From the NCBI GenBank assembly GCA_963814375.1, contig CAWFCQ010000007.1, positions 224,001 to 288,000 of the forward strand: 64,000 bases of DNA, in the 5' to 3' direction. Each line of letters begins with the position of its first letter. Positions within the stretch are counted from its first letter, which is position 1. Source of the stretch: an uncultured Chloroflexia bacterium. Its GTDB lineage: Bacteria > Chloroflexota > Limnocylindria > QHBO01. A model generated the notes under the pieces. That model saw nothing but the letters and a program-made list of their open reading frames with translations. It was not told the origin of the DNA and searched no databases. This document shows, piece after piece, positions 1 to 11,090 of the stretch. The position numbers and the translations under genes were made by a program.

Positions 1-175
1 GCCGGTGGTATTCGTCCCAGAAGAAGCGGTCCGCCTCCTCCCACGCGGCGTGCATCTCCTCCTCCGTGAGCTCCCGGCCGTCCGCCGCGAGGACTGCGGA
101 GAGCGCATCGGCCAGGGTGCGGCGCGGCGTCAGGAGCGTGAAGCCCGCATCGAGCAGGAGGAGTCGGTAGGCCAT
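1..175 (-). CDS. HAD-superfamily hydrolase, N-terminal part (runs off window edge)
   Basis: Manual translation from ATG at 175: MAYRLLLLDAGFTLLTPRRTLADALSAVLAADGRELTEEEMHAAWEEADRFFWDEYHR; hydrophobic strand + DAGFTL resembles HAD motif I. Confidence 0.65.
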   Translation of the reverse strand, partial: MAYRLLLLDAGFTLLTPRRTLADALSAVLAADGRELTEEEMHAAWEEADRFFWDEYHR

Positions 176-238
176 CGCCCGGAACGGTACTGCACTTGCG
201 ACGGCCGGGGCGCGCGGCCGGCTGGTACGCTCGCGACG

Positions 239-1132
239 ATGACCTTGATCGCCGGCGATGTCCGCGCCGCGGTCCTTGACTGGTATGCGGGCGAGGCCAG
301 GGACTTCCCCTGGCGACGCACGCGCGACCCGTACGCGGTGCTCGTCAGCGAGGTGATGCTGCAGCAGACCCAGGCGGCTCGCGTGGTGGATCGGTTTCCG
401 CGATTCATGGCTCGCTTTCCGACCACCGGCACGCTGGCTGCCGCGAGCGAGGCCGCAGTGGTCGCGGCGTGGAGCGGGCTCGGGTACAACCGCCGCGCGC
501 TGGCACTTCGCTCCGCGGCCGCGATCGTCGAACGGGATGGCTGGCCAACCGATGTGGCGGCGCTCGAGCGGCTCCCCGGCGTCGGCCCGTACACGGCCCG
601 AGCCGTGGCCTCGCTCGCCTTCGACGTCCCGGCCGGCGTGGTCGACACCAACGTGCGACGCTGGCTCCTGCGACGATTCGGCGGCCCGGACAATCCGCGG
701 CAGCTCCAGGACCTGGCCGATGCACTGGCTGCGACGGATCGCGCCGCGGACGTGGCCACCTGGACGCACGCCAGCATGGAGTTCGGCGCCGCGGTGTGCC
801 GAGGACGCGCCCCACGGTGCAGCTCCTGCCCCATCGCCGAGGGCTGCCCGTCCCGCGATGCCCCGGTGGCGATCCGCGTGCCTTCGCAGCCACCGCTGCG
901 CGGGTCGGACCGGGCCTACCGCGGGGCAATCGTCGCGCGCCTGTCGCGGACCCGCCGCCACGAGCTGAGCGCAAGCGCGACGCGACGCGCGTTGGCCGCC
1001 GACGCCGAGCGGCTCGGTCCGGCGCTCGATGACGAGGGCTGGGAGCGCGTTGTCGCCGGCCTCGAGCGCGACGGCCTCGCCCATCGGCGCGCCGGTCGGC
1101 TGCGACTGGGCGCGGCTACAATCCGGCCGTGA
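239..1132 (+). CDS. mutY: A/G-specific adenine DNA glycosylase (HhH-GPD, 4Fe-4S)
   Basis: RDFPWR, VSEVMLQQTQ, WSGLGYNRRA, LPGVGPYTA, VDTNVRR, C-x6-C-x2-C-x5-C; start at ATG 239 behind TACGCT. Confidence 0.9.
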   Translation: MTLIAGDVRAAVLDWYAGEARDFPWRRTRDPYAVLVSEVMLQQTQAARVVDRFPRFMARFPTTGTLAAASEAAVVAAWSGLGYNRRALALRSAAAIVERDGWPTDVAALERLPGVGPYTARAVASLAFDVPAGVVDTNVRRWLLRRFGGPDNPRQLQDLADALAATDRAADVATWTHASMEFGAAVCRGRAPRCSSCPIAEGCPSRDAPVAIRVPSQPPLRGSDRAYRGAIVARLSRTRRHELSASATRRALAADAERLGPALDDEGWERVVAGLERDGLAHRRAGRLRLGAATIRP

Positions 1133-1647
1133 CCATCTCGCTCAGCGTCGGCGACCAGCTGCCATCGGTCGGACTGCGCGCAACCGACGGGTACCTGCTG
1201 AACCTGCGCAGCTTCGTCACGAAGCAGCCCGCCCTCCTGCTCTTCTTCGGGGCGCCGACGCTGACCGGCACGGCCCGCCAGCGGGGACTCGATGCCGTCG
1301 GCGCGCTCGTCGACGGGCACGAACGGCTGCGCGAGGCAGGCATCGCGGTGGCCGGCATCAGCACCGACTCGGAGGAGCAGCAGGCGCAGTTCCTGGAGTC
1401 CGAGGAGCTGCCGTTCCTCCTGCTCAGCGACGAGCGACGATCCGCGGTCGAGGTCCTCGGCGTCGACACCGTCGCGAAGGGCGCCAACGTGAACGTGGCA
1501 CGCCCGATCGCCATCGCTGTGGATCGCGAGGGAACGGTGCGCGAGATCATCGATCCGGTCGAGCCACGGGCGCTCGTCGACCAGGCGGTCCGCGCGCTAT
1601 CGGAGCCGATCCCGGCCGTGACCGAGGACGCCTCGACCGGGTCCTGA
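1129..1647 (+). CDS. Peroxiredoxin-like (AhpC/TSA/BCP-fold) protein without cysteine
   Basis: VGDQLP, LLFFGAP, GISTDS, LPFLLLSD, AVDREGTV are typical redoxin motifs; GTGA overlap with mutY. Confidence 0.75.
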   Translation: MTISLSVGDQLPSVGLRATDGYLLNLRSFVTKQPALLLFFGAPTLTGTARQRGLDAVGALVDGHERLREAGIAVAGISTDSEEQQAQFLESEELPFLLLSDERRSAVEVLGVDTVAKGANVNVARPIAIAVDREGTVREIIDPVEPRALVDQAVRALSEPIPAVTEDASTGS

Positions 1648-1650
1648 TCC

Positions 1651-2689
1651 ATGCGCGCGGTGCGGCTGATCGCGCCGCGTGAGGCGCTCCAGGTCGTCGA
1701 CATCCCGTCGCCCGAGCCGCTCGGCACCGAGGTCCTCGTTCGCGTGGCCGCCTGCGGCGTGTGCCACACCGATCTCCACATCGTCGATGGCAGCCAGGCC
1801 CGCGTCGACCTTCCGCTCACCCTCGGCCACGAGGTCGGCCGGCTGGGTGGATGCCGTCGGCCCGGACGCGGACGCGCCGCTGCGCGAGGCTGGCATGGCC
1901 ATCGGCGACCCGGTGCTCGTGTACGGCGGCTGGGGCTGCGGCACCTGCGATGAATGTGCCGACGGCGACGAGCAGAGGTGCGCGGACGGCCGTTCGCCCG
2001 GGTTCCAGGCCGATGGCGGGTACGCCGAGCTCATGCTCGTCCCTCATCCTCGTCACCTGGTCGCGCTCGGGACGCTGGATCCCATCGAGGCCGCACCGCT
2101 CGCAGATGCCGGCCTCACCCCGTACCGGGCCGTTCGACGCGCTCGCCCGTGGCTGGTGGCGGGCGCGCGCGTGCTGGTCATCGGGGGCGGCGGCCTCGGC
2201 CAGTTCGCCGTCCAGTACCTGCGCATCGTGCCCGACGCCGGTCGGACGCTGGTGATTACCGTCAGCGAGCCCTCGCCCGTCAGGCAGGAGCGAGTGACCG
2301 AGCTCGCCGCTGACCACGTAATGCCGCGGCTAAACGGTCTCGAAGACCGCAGCCGGCTGGGCGGCGCCGCCGACGTGGTGCTCGACTTCGTCGGCAGCGA
2401 CGAGACACTGGCTCAGGCCGCCGCGGTCGTCGCGCCGGGCGGACTGATCATGCTGGTAGGGGAGGCCGGCGGTCGGCTCGCATTCGGCTTCGACCAGCCG
2501 GCGGTGGAGGCCTGGCTGACCACGACGGCGTGGGGATCGGTCGAAGAGCTCCGCGAGGTTGTCGACCTGGCGAGCCAGGGAGCCCTCCGCTGGAGCGTCG
2601 ACCGAACGGACCTGGCCGATGCCGCGGCGGCGCACGATCGGCTCCGAGCAGGCGACGTTGTCGGCCGGCTGGTGGTGATTCCCGGCTGA
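1651..2689 (+). CDS. Zn-dependent alcohol dehydrogenase (one frameshift near 1837)
   Basis: ACGVCHTD and GHE in ORF 1651; CGTCDEC-x7-C, DAGLTPY and GGGGLG in ORF 1679; joined by removing one G. Confidence 0.85.
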
Positions 2690-2690
2690 C

Positions 2691-3431
2691 TCAGCCCCCG
2701 AAGATGCGACCGAGCAGGCTCTTCGACTCGTGGCGGCGGACGAAGAAGGGCGCCGCCGTCGCGTTGTAGATCTCCAGCAGCGCCGGCGCGCGCAGGTCGG
2801 TGACAACGAGCAGGCGGCGGGAGCCGAGGTGCTCGGTGGCAACGGCATGCAGCCGGTTGCGGACCGCGTCGAAGTCGCCCAGCAACGCATCGGGCGTGAG
2901 CTGGATGCCCGCCGACCAGCCGCTGCCGGCACGCAGCAGCCAGGCACGATCCACCTGCTTGAGCTCCTCCAGCGCCGTCAGCAGCTCGCGGCCGAACGGG
3001 TCGGGGACCTGCTCCGGGGCCTCGAGCGGCGGGAGCTCGCCGAGCGGCCGTCGGGCACGCAGCGCGTCCGGACGATTCGGATCGATGCCGGCCGCCAGGA
3101 ACGGCAGGACTCCGACCGAAATCTCCACCTGGCCGGGGGCGCCCGGGTCCACGACGATCCTCTCCTTGGCCGCGTCGGCACGCTCGAACAGCTCGCGAGC
3201 CGGGACGCGGACGTGGTCGCTTCCAGGCGGTCCGAAGTCCCGCAGGACGTCCGGGGAGGTGAAGGCGGCGATGAAGCGCTCGCCGGCGTCGTCGGTCCCG
3301 TGCCGGTAGGCATCGATCGAGAGCCGGGTGGCGTCCGGCATCTCGCCCGACGACGACCGGATCGGAACGAGCAGATCGACATCGAGCAGGTCGTCGAGCC
3401 TTGGCGCGTCCCGCCCCGGCGACTCGGTCAT
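2691..3431 (-). CDS. SseB-family protein (N- and C-terminal domains)
   Basis: LLVP...FIAAFTSPD...IVVDPG pattern; C-terminal VDRAWL; coupled to gltX stop. Confidence 0.6.
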   Translation of the reverse strand: MTESPGRDAPRLDDLLDVDLLVPIRSSSGEMPDATRLSIDAYRHGTDDAGERFIAAFTSPDVLRDFGPPGSDHVRVPARELFERADAAKERIVVDPGAPGQVEISVGVLPFLAAGIDPNRPDALRARRPLGELPPLEAPEQVPDPFGRELLTALEELKQVDRAWLLRAGSGWSAGIQLTPDALLGDFDAVRNRLHAVATEHLGSRRLLVVTDLRAPALLEIYNATAAPFFVRRHESKSLLGRIFGG

Positions 3432-4909
3432 GCCGCTTCCTCCGTCAGCTTGCCGATGGCGGCGTCGATGCGGGGAAGCGATCGCTCGCGACCTAGCAGC
3501 TCCAGCGAGGCGAAGAGGGGAGGTGACACCGTGCGACCCGTGACCGCCACCCGCAGAGGCGTGAAGAAGTCGCCGGCCTTCATGCCGGCCTCGTCGGCCG
3601 CGGCGCGGCAGATCTGCTCGAGGTGCTCGGCGTTGAAGTCGGGCTCTGCGACCCCGGCCAGGACCCGGCGGGCAGCGCTCAAGGCGGTTCGTGCCTCATC
3701 CGGACCTCCCTTCCGAGGATGGAGGAGCTCCGGCCCGTACCAGCTCGCGACCACCTCGTCCGGCTCCCACGCGAAGCCCACCAGCTCGGTGACGTCGCCG
3801 AGCCGGGTCAGGCGCTCCTTGACGATCGGGACCATGCGCAGCAGGTCGGCATCGGCGATCGCCTCGGGCACCCACGGCCGGAGGCGGAGGGCGAGCTGCT
3901 CATCGGTGAGAGAGCGGATGTAGACACCGTTGAGGTGGTCGAGCCGATCCCTGTCGAAGATGGCGCCGCCCTTGTGCACGCGCTCGACCTCGAATCGCTG
4001 CGCGAGCTCGTCGAGCGTGAAGATCTCCTCCTCCGTCCCCGGCGACCAGCCGAGGAAGGCCAGGAAGTTGACGAGCGCCTCCGGCAGGTAGCCCTGCTCG
4101 CGGTAGCTGGTGATCGCCATCTGGCTCTTGCGCTTGCTCATCTTCGATCGGTCGGCGTTGAGGATGAGCGGGATGTGCCCGAATCGCGGCTCGCGATAGC
4201 CAAGCGCCCGGATCAGGGCGATGTGCTTGGGCGTGTTCGACAGGTGGTCCTCGCCGCGGATCACCTCGGTGATCTCCATCGCCTCGTCGTCGACGACGAC
4301 CACGAAGTGATACAGCGGCACGCCGTCATTGCGGACGATCACGAAGTCGCCGAGCAGCGCGTTGTCGAACTCCACCTCGCCGCGGACGAGATCGTCGAAT
4401 CGGATCACATCGGGCTCGACCTTGAAGCGGATCACCGATCTTCGGCCCTCGGCCTCGAAGGCGGCACGCTCCGCATCGGTCAGGTTCAGGCAGCGCCGGT
4501 TGTAGCGCGGCGGCTCCTTGGCCGCCACCTGCTCCCGTCGTACCGCCTCCAGCTCCTCCGGGCTGCACCAGCACCGATACGCCGCACCCGCAGCGACCAG
4601 CCGATCCGCTTCCCGCGCGTAGAGCTCCATCCGTGCGCTCTGGCGATAGGGCCCAAACGGGCCGATCTCGTCCCCGCCGGCGACCTGCGGTCCCTCGTCC
4701 CAGCTGATGCCGAGCCAGTGGAGGTTGTCGATGATGTCGCGCTCGAACTCCTCGGTGGAGCGCGCCGAATCGGTGTCCTCGATGCGCAGGATGTAGGTCC
4801 CGCCACCATGACGAGCGGCGAGGTAGTTGTAGAGGCTCGTGCGCGCGGTCCCGATGTGAAGCGGGCCGGTGGGGCTGGGAGCCATGCGCACGCGCATCGG
4901 GCGATCCAT
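3428..4909 (-). CDS. gltX: Glutamate--tRNA ligase
   Basis: APSPTGPLHIGTAR (HIGH), LRIEDTD, IRGEDH, KMSKR. Confidence 0.97.
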   Translation of the reverse strand: MDRPMRVRMAPSPTGPLHIGTARTSLYNYLAARHGGGTYILRIEDTDSARSTEEFERDIIDNLHWLGISWDEGPQVAGGDEIGPFGPYRQSARMELYAREADRLVAAGAAYRCWCSPEELEAVRREQVAAKEPPRYNRRCLNLTDAERAAFEAEGRRSVIRFKVEPDVIRFDDLVRGEVEFDNALLGDFVIVRNDGVPLYHFVVVVDDEAMEITEVIRGEDHLSNTPKHIALIRALGYREPRFGHIPLILNADRSKMSKRKSQMAITSYREQGYLPEALVNFLAFLGWSPGTEEEIFTLDELAQRFEVERVHKGGAIFDRDRLDHLNGVYIRSLTDEQLALRLRPWVPEAIADADLLRMVPIVKERLTRLGDVTELVGFAWEPDEVVASWYGPELLHPRKGGPDEARTALSAARRVLAGVAEPDFNAEHLEQICRAAADEAGMKAGDFFTPLRVAVTGRTVSPPLFASLELLGRERSLPRIDAAIGKLTEEAA

Positions 4910-5009
4910 GATCCGATGCTAGCAGCCGTCCCCGGCGGGCTGGCGGTCGGCCGCTATGCAGCCCGCCGGCGCACCGATACGATCGCGACTCCACAGTATG
5001 GAGGCGATC

Positions 5010-5406
5010 ATGAGCACGGATTGAGCGCGCAGGATCAGACCGACGAGGCAACTGGCGTTCTGTCGACAATGGAGGAAGATTGAGAAAGGTCCGTCCGCAC
5101 AAGCGACAGATGGACAGCGCCGGCACGGGTCCGAAGGCCATCCACGATGCTCTACGAGCCGATTGCTTGAGATGTACAACGACGGCGATCTCCACGCGAC
5201 GCGCCGGGACGAAGGTCACGAGCCACCATCATCAATCACGAGCTCGGGCTCCGGAAGAAGATCATCCGAATTACGGATCGACCTGCGACGGCGATGGGAA
5301 CATCGAACTCGACGTTCGACCAAGCAGCCCCGCCGACGATGGTCCGGAAGCGATCGGCTACAGGCTGAAGGGCGTGACGACTGAGAACCTCCGATCGTGG
5401 GTCTAG
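5010..5406 (+). pseudogene. Multiply frameshifted small hypothetical gene, paralog of the next gene
   Basis: GGAGG at 5000, ATG at 5010; the frame at 5231 reads INHELGLRKKIIR, matching INHDATLAKKIIR of the downstream gene; no continuous ORF. Confidence 0.4.
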
Positions 5407-5461
5407 GCACCGGCAGTCGCGCAGGCATATGATCCGAGGCCCTGCACCCTGCGGAGGCGAC

Positions 5462-5876
5462 ATGTACGACGACCAGGATGAGGAGGGGACATACGACGGA
5501 GGCAGGCCCTACGACCCGCCTTCGGTCTTCAAGCCGTATCCGGATGAGCCGGGCGGGTTCAACCAGTGGAGGCCGGTCGAGAGCCTCTTCCCGGAGGGAG
5601 ACGACGAGAGCCCTCCCGCGTGTGTATGCGGCGAAGTTCAAGAGCAGCTCGCGCCAGGCGGAGATCTTCATCCACGATCCGATCTCGGCCCTCGTGGGCG
5701 ACGACGAGAGCATCACGGGGATTCCCGGCATGGGCCGCGACGATCTCCCGGCCCACGTGACCACCTTCGTGATCAATCACGACGCGACGCTGGCGAAGAA
5801 GATCATCCGCGTGGCCGCGACCGTTGGCCCTGACTCGGTGGGCATCACGGTTCACAAGGAGGGTGAGGGCTCATAG
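5462..5876 (+). CDS. Acidic hypothetical protein (probable frameshift near 5610)
   Basis: GGAGG then ATG 5462 (MYDDQDEEG...), switching to the frame of ORF 5478 (...YAAKFK...INHDATLAKKIIRVAATVG). Confidence 0.45.
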
Positions 5877-5893
5877 GGGCCGCCTCCCGGTCC

Positions 5894-8800
5894 ATGCCCT
5901 GCGAGTCGTGCGGCTTCGTTAACGATGAGGCCGCGCGCTTCTGCGGGAGCTGCGGCTCTCCGCTGAGCGCCACCTGCGCGAACTGCCAGGCCCCGCTCAC
6001 GGCAGGGCTCCGCTTCTGCACCTCCTGCGGCGAGCCGGCCTCACCCGCCGCAGAGACCGATGCGGTGGCGGAGCCGAGTCCGGCCGAGCGACGCCGAATC
6101 TCGGTCCTGTTCGTGGACCTCGAGAATTTCACGTCGCTGGCCGAGACCCTCGATCCCGAGGAGGTGCGCGGCGTCCAGTCGCGCTACTTCGAGGTGGCCC
6201 GATCCATCGTGGCGAGCCACGGCGGGACGATCGAGAAGTTCATCGGTGATGCCGTCATGGCGGTGTGGGGAGCCCCGCTCGCCCACGAGGACGACCCGGA
6301 GCGGGCGGTGCGCGCCGCGATGGCCATCGTGGACGGGGTTGGACGCCTCGGAGGCGCAGCCTCCGGAGCGAACCTCGCGGCTCGAGCAGCCGTCACGACC
6401 GGCGAGGCGGCGGTCACGCTCGGCGCCGACGGGCAGGGCATGGTTGCCGGCGACCTGGTCAACGTCGCCGCACGGCTTCAGGGTGAGGCGGAGCCCGGCG
6501 GGGTGCTGGTCGATTCGGCGACTCGCGAGCTCGCCCCGCAGGCGGCCGATTACGAGGCTGCCGGCACGATCACCCTCAAGGGCCGCTCAGCGTCGCTGGT
6601 CGCGCATCGTGCGTCCCCGCGAGCGGCCGGGATCGGGCGGGAGGGCGGTGCGCACGCCGGCGCCTTCGTCGGTCGTGAGCGAGAGCTGCGCGAGCTCGTC
6701 GGTCTCTTCGACAGCGTCGCCGCGGATCGCCTCAGCAGGCTGGTGTCGATCACCGGAATCGCGGGGATCGGGAAGAGCCGGTTGGCGTGGGAGTTCGGCG
6801 AGCACATCGACGCCATGAGCGAGGTCGTGGCCTGGCACGCCGGCCGGGCGCCGGCCTACGGCGAGGGGATCACCTTCGCGGCGGTGGCCGAGATGGTGAG
6901 GCGACGCATCCGCGTCTCCGACGACGCGAGCCCGACGATCGCCCGGCGACAGCTCTCCGCCGCGCTGGACGAGATCGTCCGCGACGAGGGCGAGCGGCGC
7001 TGGATGGAACCTCGGATCGCCACCCTCCTCGGTGGAGACACAGGGCCTCCCTTCGAGCGGGACGAGCTCTTCGCCGCTTGGCGCCGCTTCTTCGAACGCG
7101 TGGCCGATCGGTCACCGGTCGTGCTCGTATTCGAGGATCTCCAATGGGCCGAGCCGGCACTGCTCGACTTCGTTGAGCACCTCGCAACGTGGACTCGCGA
7201 GCATCCCGTCCTGGTGATCGCCCTGGCTCGTCCGGAGCTCATGGACCAACGCCCGGCGTGGGGCGCCAGTGCCGCCCGATTTACGGCGATCCACCTCGAG
7301 CGGCTGCCCGAGGCGGCGATGCGCGAGCTGCTCCTTGAGCGGGCATCAGACCTCCCGCCCTCCCTGACCCGGACCATCCTCGAGCGTGCCGGTGGGGTCC
7401 CGCTGTACGCGGTGGAAGTCGCGCGCATCCTCGCCGATCGAGCGACGCCTGCCGGCGACGACGCTCATGTCGCGGGCGCCGCGGATGCGGTCGAGGTTCC
7501 CGACTCTCTCCACGGTGTGATCGCGGCGCGGATCGACGCCCTATCGGCCGCCCGAGCGGCGCCTGCTGCTCTCCGCCGCGGTCCTCGGTCGGCGCTTCCG
7601 CCCCGAGGCCCTCGTCGCCGTCGCCGGCGGCGACCCCGCAGCGGTGCGCGAGATCACCGATGCCCTGATTCGACGCGAGCTGTTCACCATCGACGAGGAC
7701 CTGATCTCGCCGGGGGTCGGCCAGCTCACCTTCGTGCAGGATCTCGTCCGCGAGGTCGCCTACAGCACCCTGGCCCGCGGGGCGCGACGGAGCCTCCACC
7801 TCGCCGCCGCTCGGTATCTCGAGTCGCGAACCGAGGACGATGTCGCCGAGGCCCTGGCGGCGCATCTGACCGAGGCGCACCGCCTCGCGCCGGAGCATCC
7901 CGACGCCGTCCGCATCGCCCGCCGGGCCGTGGCTGCGCTACGGCGCGCTGCGCGCGAGAGCCTCCGCCTCCATCTTTCTGAACGGGCTTCCGCACACCTG
8001 AGGGAGGCCCTCCGCCTCGTCGACACGGACGAGCAGAGATCGGCACTGCTCGAGGAGGCGGCCGCTGCGGCGCGAGCCGCTGCCCACCTGGACGTCGCCG
8101 AGGACGACCTGCGCGCACTGGTCGATTTGCGCGCCGGCTCGGGTGACCGCGCGGGGGCGGTTCGTGCAAGAGCGCAGCTCGCGAGCGTGCTGTTGATGGC
8201 TCAGCGCAACGAGCCAGCGCTCGTCGAGCTCGAGTCCGCTGCGGCGGCCCTTGGCCGCCTCGGGGACGACCCCGCCGGCGTCGAGGTCACGGCTCAGCTC
8301 GCCCGCGCCAGGACGCTCGTCGGCGACGATCGCGCGGGGCTGGAGTGGGCTGAGCGCGGCCTTCGTGCTGCCGAGAAGCTCGGTCTCGAGGCAGTCGGCA
8401 CTGATCTCCTCGTCACTCGCGGGACGGCACGCATCCGGTTGGGCGACGTCGAGGAAGGGCTTGCCGATCTGCGCCGGGCGATCACAGACGCCGAGGCTGG
8501 CGGATTCCTCGGCATCGAGCTTCGAGCGCGGAACAATCTCGCCTGGCTGGTCGTGGCCGACGACCCACGCACGACGCTCGAGACCGCCCGAGAGGGGTTC
8601 AGCCTGGCAACGACGATGGGCATTGGGGACCTCGCGGCGCAGCTCGCCGAAGTGGCCTGCACCGGCGCGCTCGACACCGGCGAATGGGGATGGGCGCTCG
8701 AGACGATCGACGAGCTGGTCCAGGGTCCGATGCCGGAGGCGAACCGCATCAACCTGCTCGTGATCGGCGCCGTGATCGGCGCACTGACCGGCCGTGCGGA

Positions 8801-9455
8801 GCCGATCCGCGCCTTCGAGGCTATTCAGCCGCTCCCCGAGGACACGGACAGCCAGATCGTGTCAGGGGTGATTCACGCACGTGCCTGGCGCGCATTCGTC
8901 GACGGCGACTTCGAGGCCGCGCAACGGCTCGCGCTGGAGGCCGCGGCCGCGAGCCTCGGCGCCGAGCAGGGTCAGCAGCTGACGCTCGCGGCGCGCGCCG
9001 GGCTCTGGCTCGGCGATCGCGCCGGAGCCGCCGAGGCGGTCGAGCGACTGGATTCGCTCCGCCTCGCCGGCCGCGCATTCGACGCGACAGAGCAGACGCT
9101 GCTGGCGGGCATCGCGGCGACGGACGGTGACCCCGGGGCGCCCAAAGCGTTCCGACAGGCGGCGGAGGGTTGGCGCACCCTCGACCTGCCGATCCACCTC
9201 GCGCTCTGCCTGCTCGACGCCTCCCGACTTCTTGGACCGGAGGTGGCGCCGCCCGATGAAGCGATCGCGCTCCTCGACGATCTGGGCGCCGACGGCCTCC
9301 GTCGCATGGCGGAAGGGGCGGCGGGCGGGATCAGCCGCGGAGAAGCTCCTCCACGACCGGCGCGATCGCGTCGACCCAGCGCCGATACTGCTCGCCCGAA
9401 GGGTGCAGGCCGTCATCGGCGACCAGCGTCGGATCGTCCTGCGCCTCCCGGCTGA
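5894..9455 (+). CDS. Double zinc ribbon + class III adenylate/guanylate cyclase + STAND-type ATPase + TPR-like helical protein (frameshift near 7546)
   Basis: Four CxxC pairs; LFVDLENFT, EKFIGDAVM, GDLVNVAARLQ; Walker A GIAGIGKS, Walker B LVFEDLQW; Ala-rich helical C-terminus in ORF 7644. Confidence 0.88.
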
Positions 9456-10024
9456 TCGCGAACGTCTCGGGCACGAACGGGATTCCCCGTGCCTCGCACG
9501 CCTCTCGGAAGATCGCATTGAACTCCGCGATCCGCGCGCTCTGCCGGTCCGGGTCGCCGTACGCCGCTCCCTGCGGCGTGACGGTGTAGTCCGGCGTGGC
9601 GATGCAGATGATCCGGTCGGGTGGCAGCCGCCCGAGGAGCTCCTCGAGGATGATCACGACGTTGCCCGCGTACCGCGCGTCCTCGACGCCCTGGACGACG
9701 TCGTTGACGCCGATAAGGACCGTCACGAGCTCGGCGGCGAGGCCGTCGAGGGCCGGGAGCTCCTCCTCGATGAGGTTCGTCGGATGTGTAGCCGTTGACC
9801 GCCGGATTGCCGACGAGCTCGAGGCCGGGAATGCGCGCCGCGAGCTGATTCGGCCAACGCTCATCCTCGGAGACCGATGTGCCGATGGTGTACGAGTCAC
9901 CCAGCGCGACGAAGCGCACCGTCACCTCCTGATCAAGCGCCGATGACGTCGTTGCCGCGGGGCTCGCGCAGGCGGCAAGTCCGATCGCGGTGATGGCCCA
10001 GAGGGCGGCGCGGCGCCGTCGCAT
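9331..10024 (-). CDS. SGNH/GDSL hydrolase lipoprotein (frameshift near 9782)
   Basis: LAAC lipobox; ALGDSYT, IGVND and DGLHP blocks split over two frames. Confidence 0.85.
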
Positions 10025-10045
10025 CGCGATGGGTACCCTACACGC

Positions 10046-11080
10046 ATGGGACGTGCCCGCCGCGCCGCCATGGCTCTCGCGACCACGCTCGTCGCCACCG
10101 CGTGCGCGGCACCATCCCCGACCGAGACATCGGGCGGCTCAGCCTCGCCGGAAGCAAGCGTGACGGAGCCCCGATCGCAGGGAGCGAGCCCGGCCGGCAG
10201 CGTCGGCGGCGAGACCGCTGCCTGGGAGCGGATCGCCGATGCCCCGTTCGCCCGCCTCGAGATGGCGACGGCCGCACATGGCGGCAGGATCTGGCTGGCC
10301 GGGGGCCTCTCCCCACTCGGCGAGGCGCTGACCGACGTCGAGGTCCTCGATCCGGCGACCGGCGAGTGGAGTGACGGTCCGTCACTGCCATCGGGCGTTC
10401 ACCACGCCGCACTCGTGTCAGATGGGTCTCGGCTCCTCCTCATCGGCGGCTACCTCGGCTCGTCCTTCAGCCTCCCGACCGAGATCGTGCTCGTCCTGGC
10501 CGACGGTGACGACACGTGGCGTGAAGGTCCACCGCTGCCCGACCAACGCGCCGCGGGCGCGGCCGCGTTTGACGGCGATCGCGTCGTGTACGGCGGCGGC
10601 GTCGGGGTGGGCGGCGTGGCTGGCGACATCTACGCCCTCGATGGGGACGCCTGGGATCGCATCGGCGGCATGCGGGTGGCTCGCGAGCACCTGGCCGCCA
10701 CCAGCGACGAAGCTGGCCGTACCTGGCTGCTGGGCGGCCGGGTCGGCGGCCTGGAGGGCAACCTCGCCACGGTCGAGCTGGTGGAGGGCGACTCCATCAC
10801 CGAGCTCGAGAGCCTGCCGACCCCTCGCGGTGGCGTGGCGGCCTTCTACGACGCCGATCTCGGCGCATGCCTGACCGGCGGCGAGGCACCGGATCGCGCC
10901 TACACCACGGTCGAGTGCATCGGCGCGGGTGGCGCTCCGACGACGCTTGCGGAGCTCAACGAGCCGCACCACGGCCACGGTGCCGCCGTGGTCGACGGCG
11001 TGGCCTACGTCCTCCTCGGCGGTCCGCAGCCGACCCTCAGCGCCGGTCCTGTCATCGAGACGCTGGACCTCGGCTCCTGA
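10046..11080 (+). CDS. Kelch-repeat beta-propeller lipoprotein
   Basis: Signal peptide ending ATAC; repeated GG...W units (IWLAGG, LLIGG, WLLGG, YVLLGG). Confidence 0.8.
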   Translation: MGRARRAAMALATTLVATACAAPSPTETSGGSASPEASVTEPRSQGASPAGSVGGETAAWERIADAPFARLEMATAAHGGRIWLAGGLSPLGEALTDVEVLDPATGEWSDGPSLPSGVHHAALVSDGSRLLLIGGYLGSSFSLPTEIVLVLADGDDTWREGPPLPDQRAAGAAAFDGDRVVYGGGVGVGGVAGDIYALDGDAWDRIGGMRVAREHLAATSDEAGRTWLLGGRVGGLEGNLATVELVEGDSITELESLPTPRGGVAAFYDADLGACLTGGEAPDRAYTTVECIGAGGAPTTLAELNEPHHGHGAAVVDGVAYVLLGGPQPTLSAGPVIETLDLGS

Positions 11081-11090
11081 GAGCGACCAG

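Noticed and set aside
2691-3431. C-terminal Gly-Gly (also present in RsgA) as the missing ubiquitin-like carrier
   Set aside because: Neither is a small beta-grasp protein; a terminal GG is expected by chance at this GC content.
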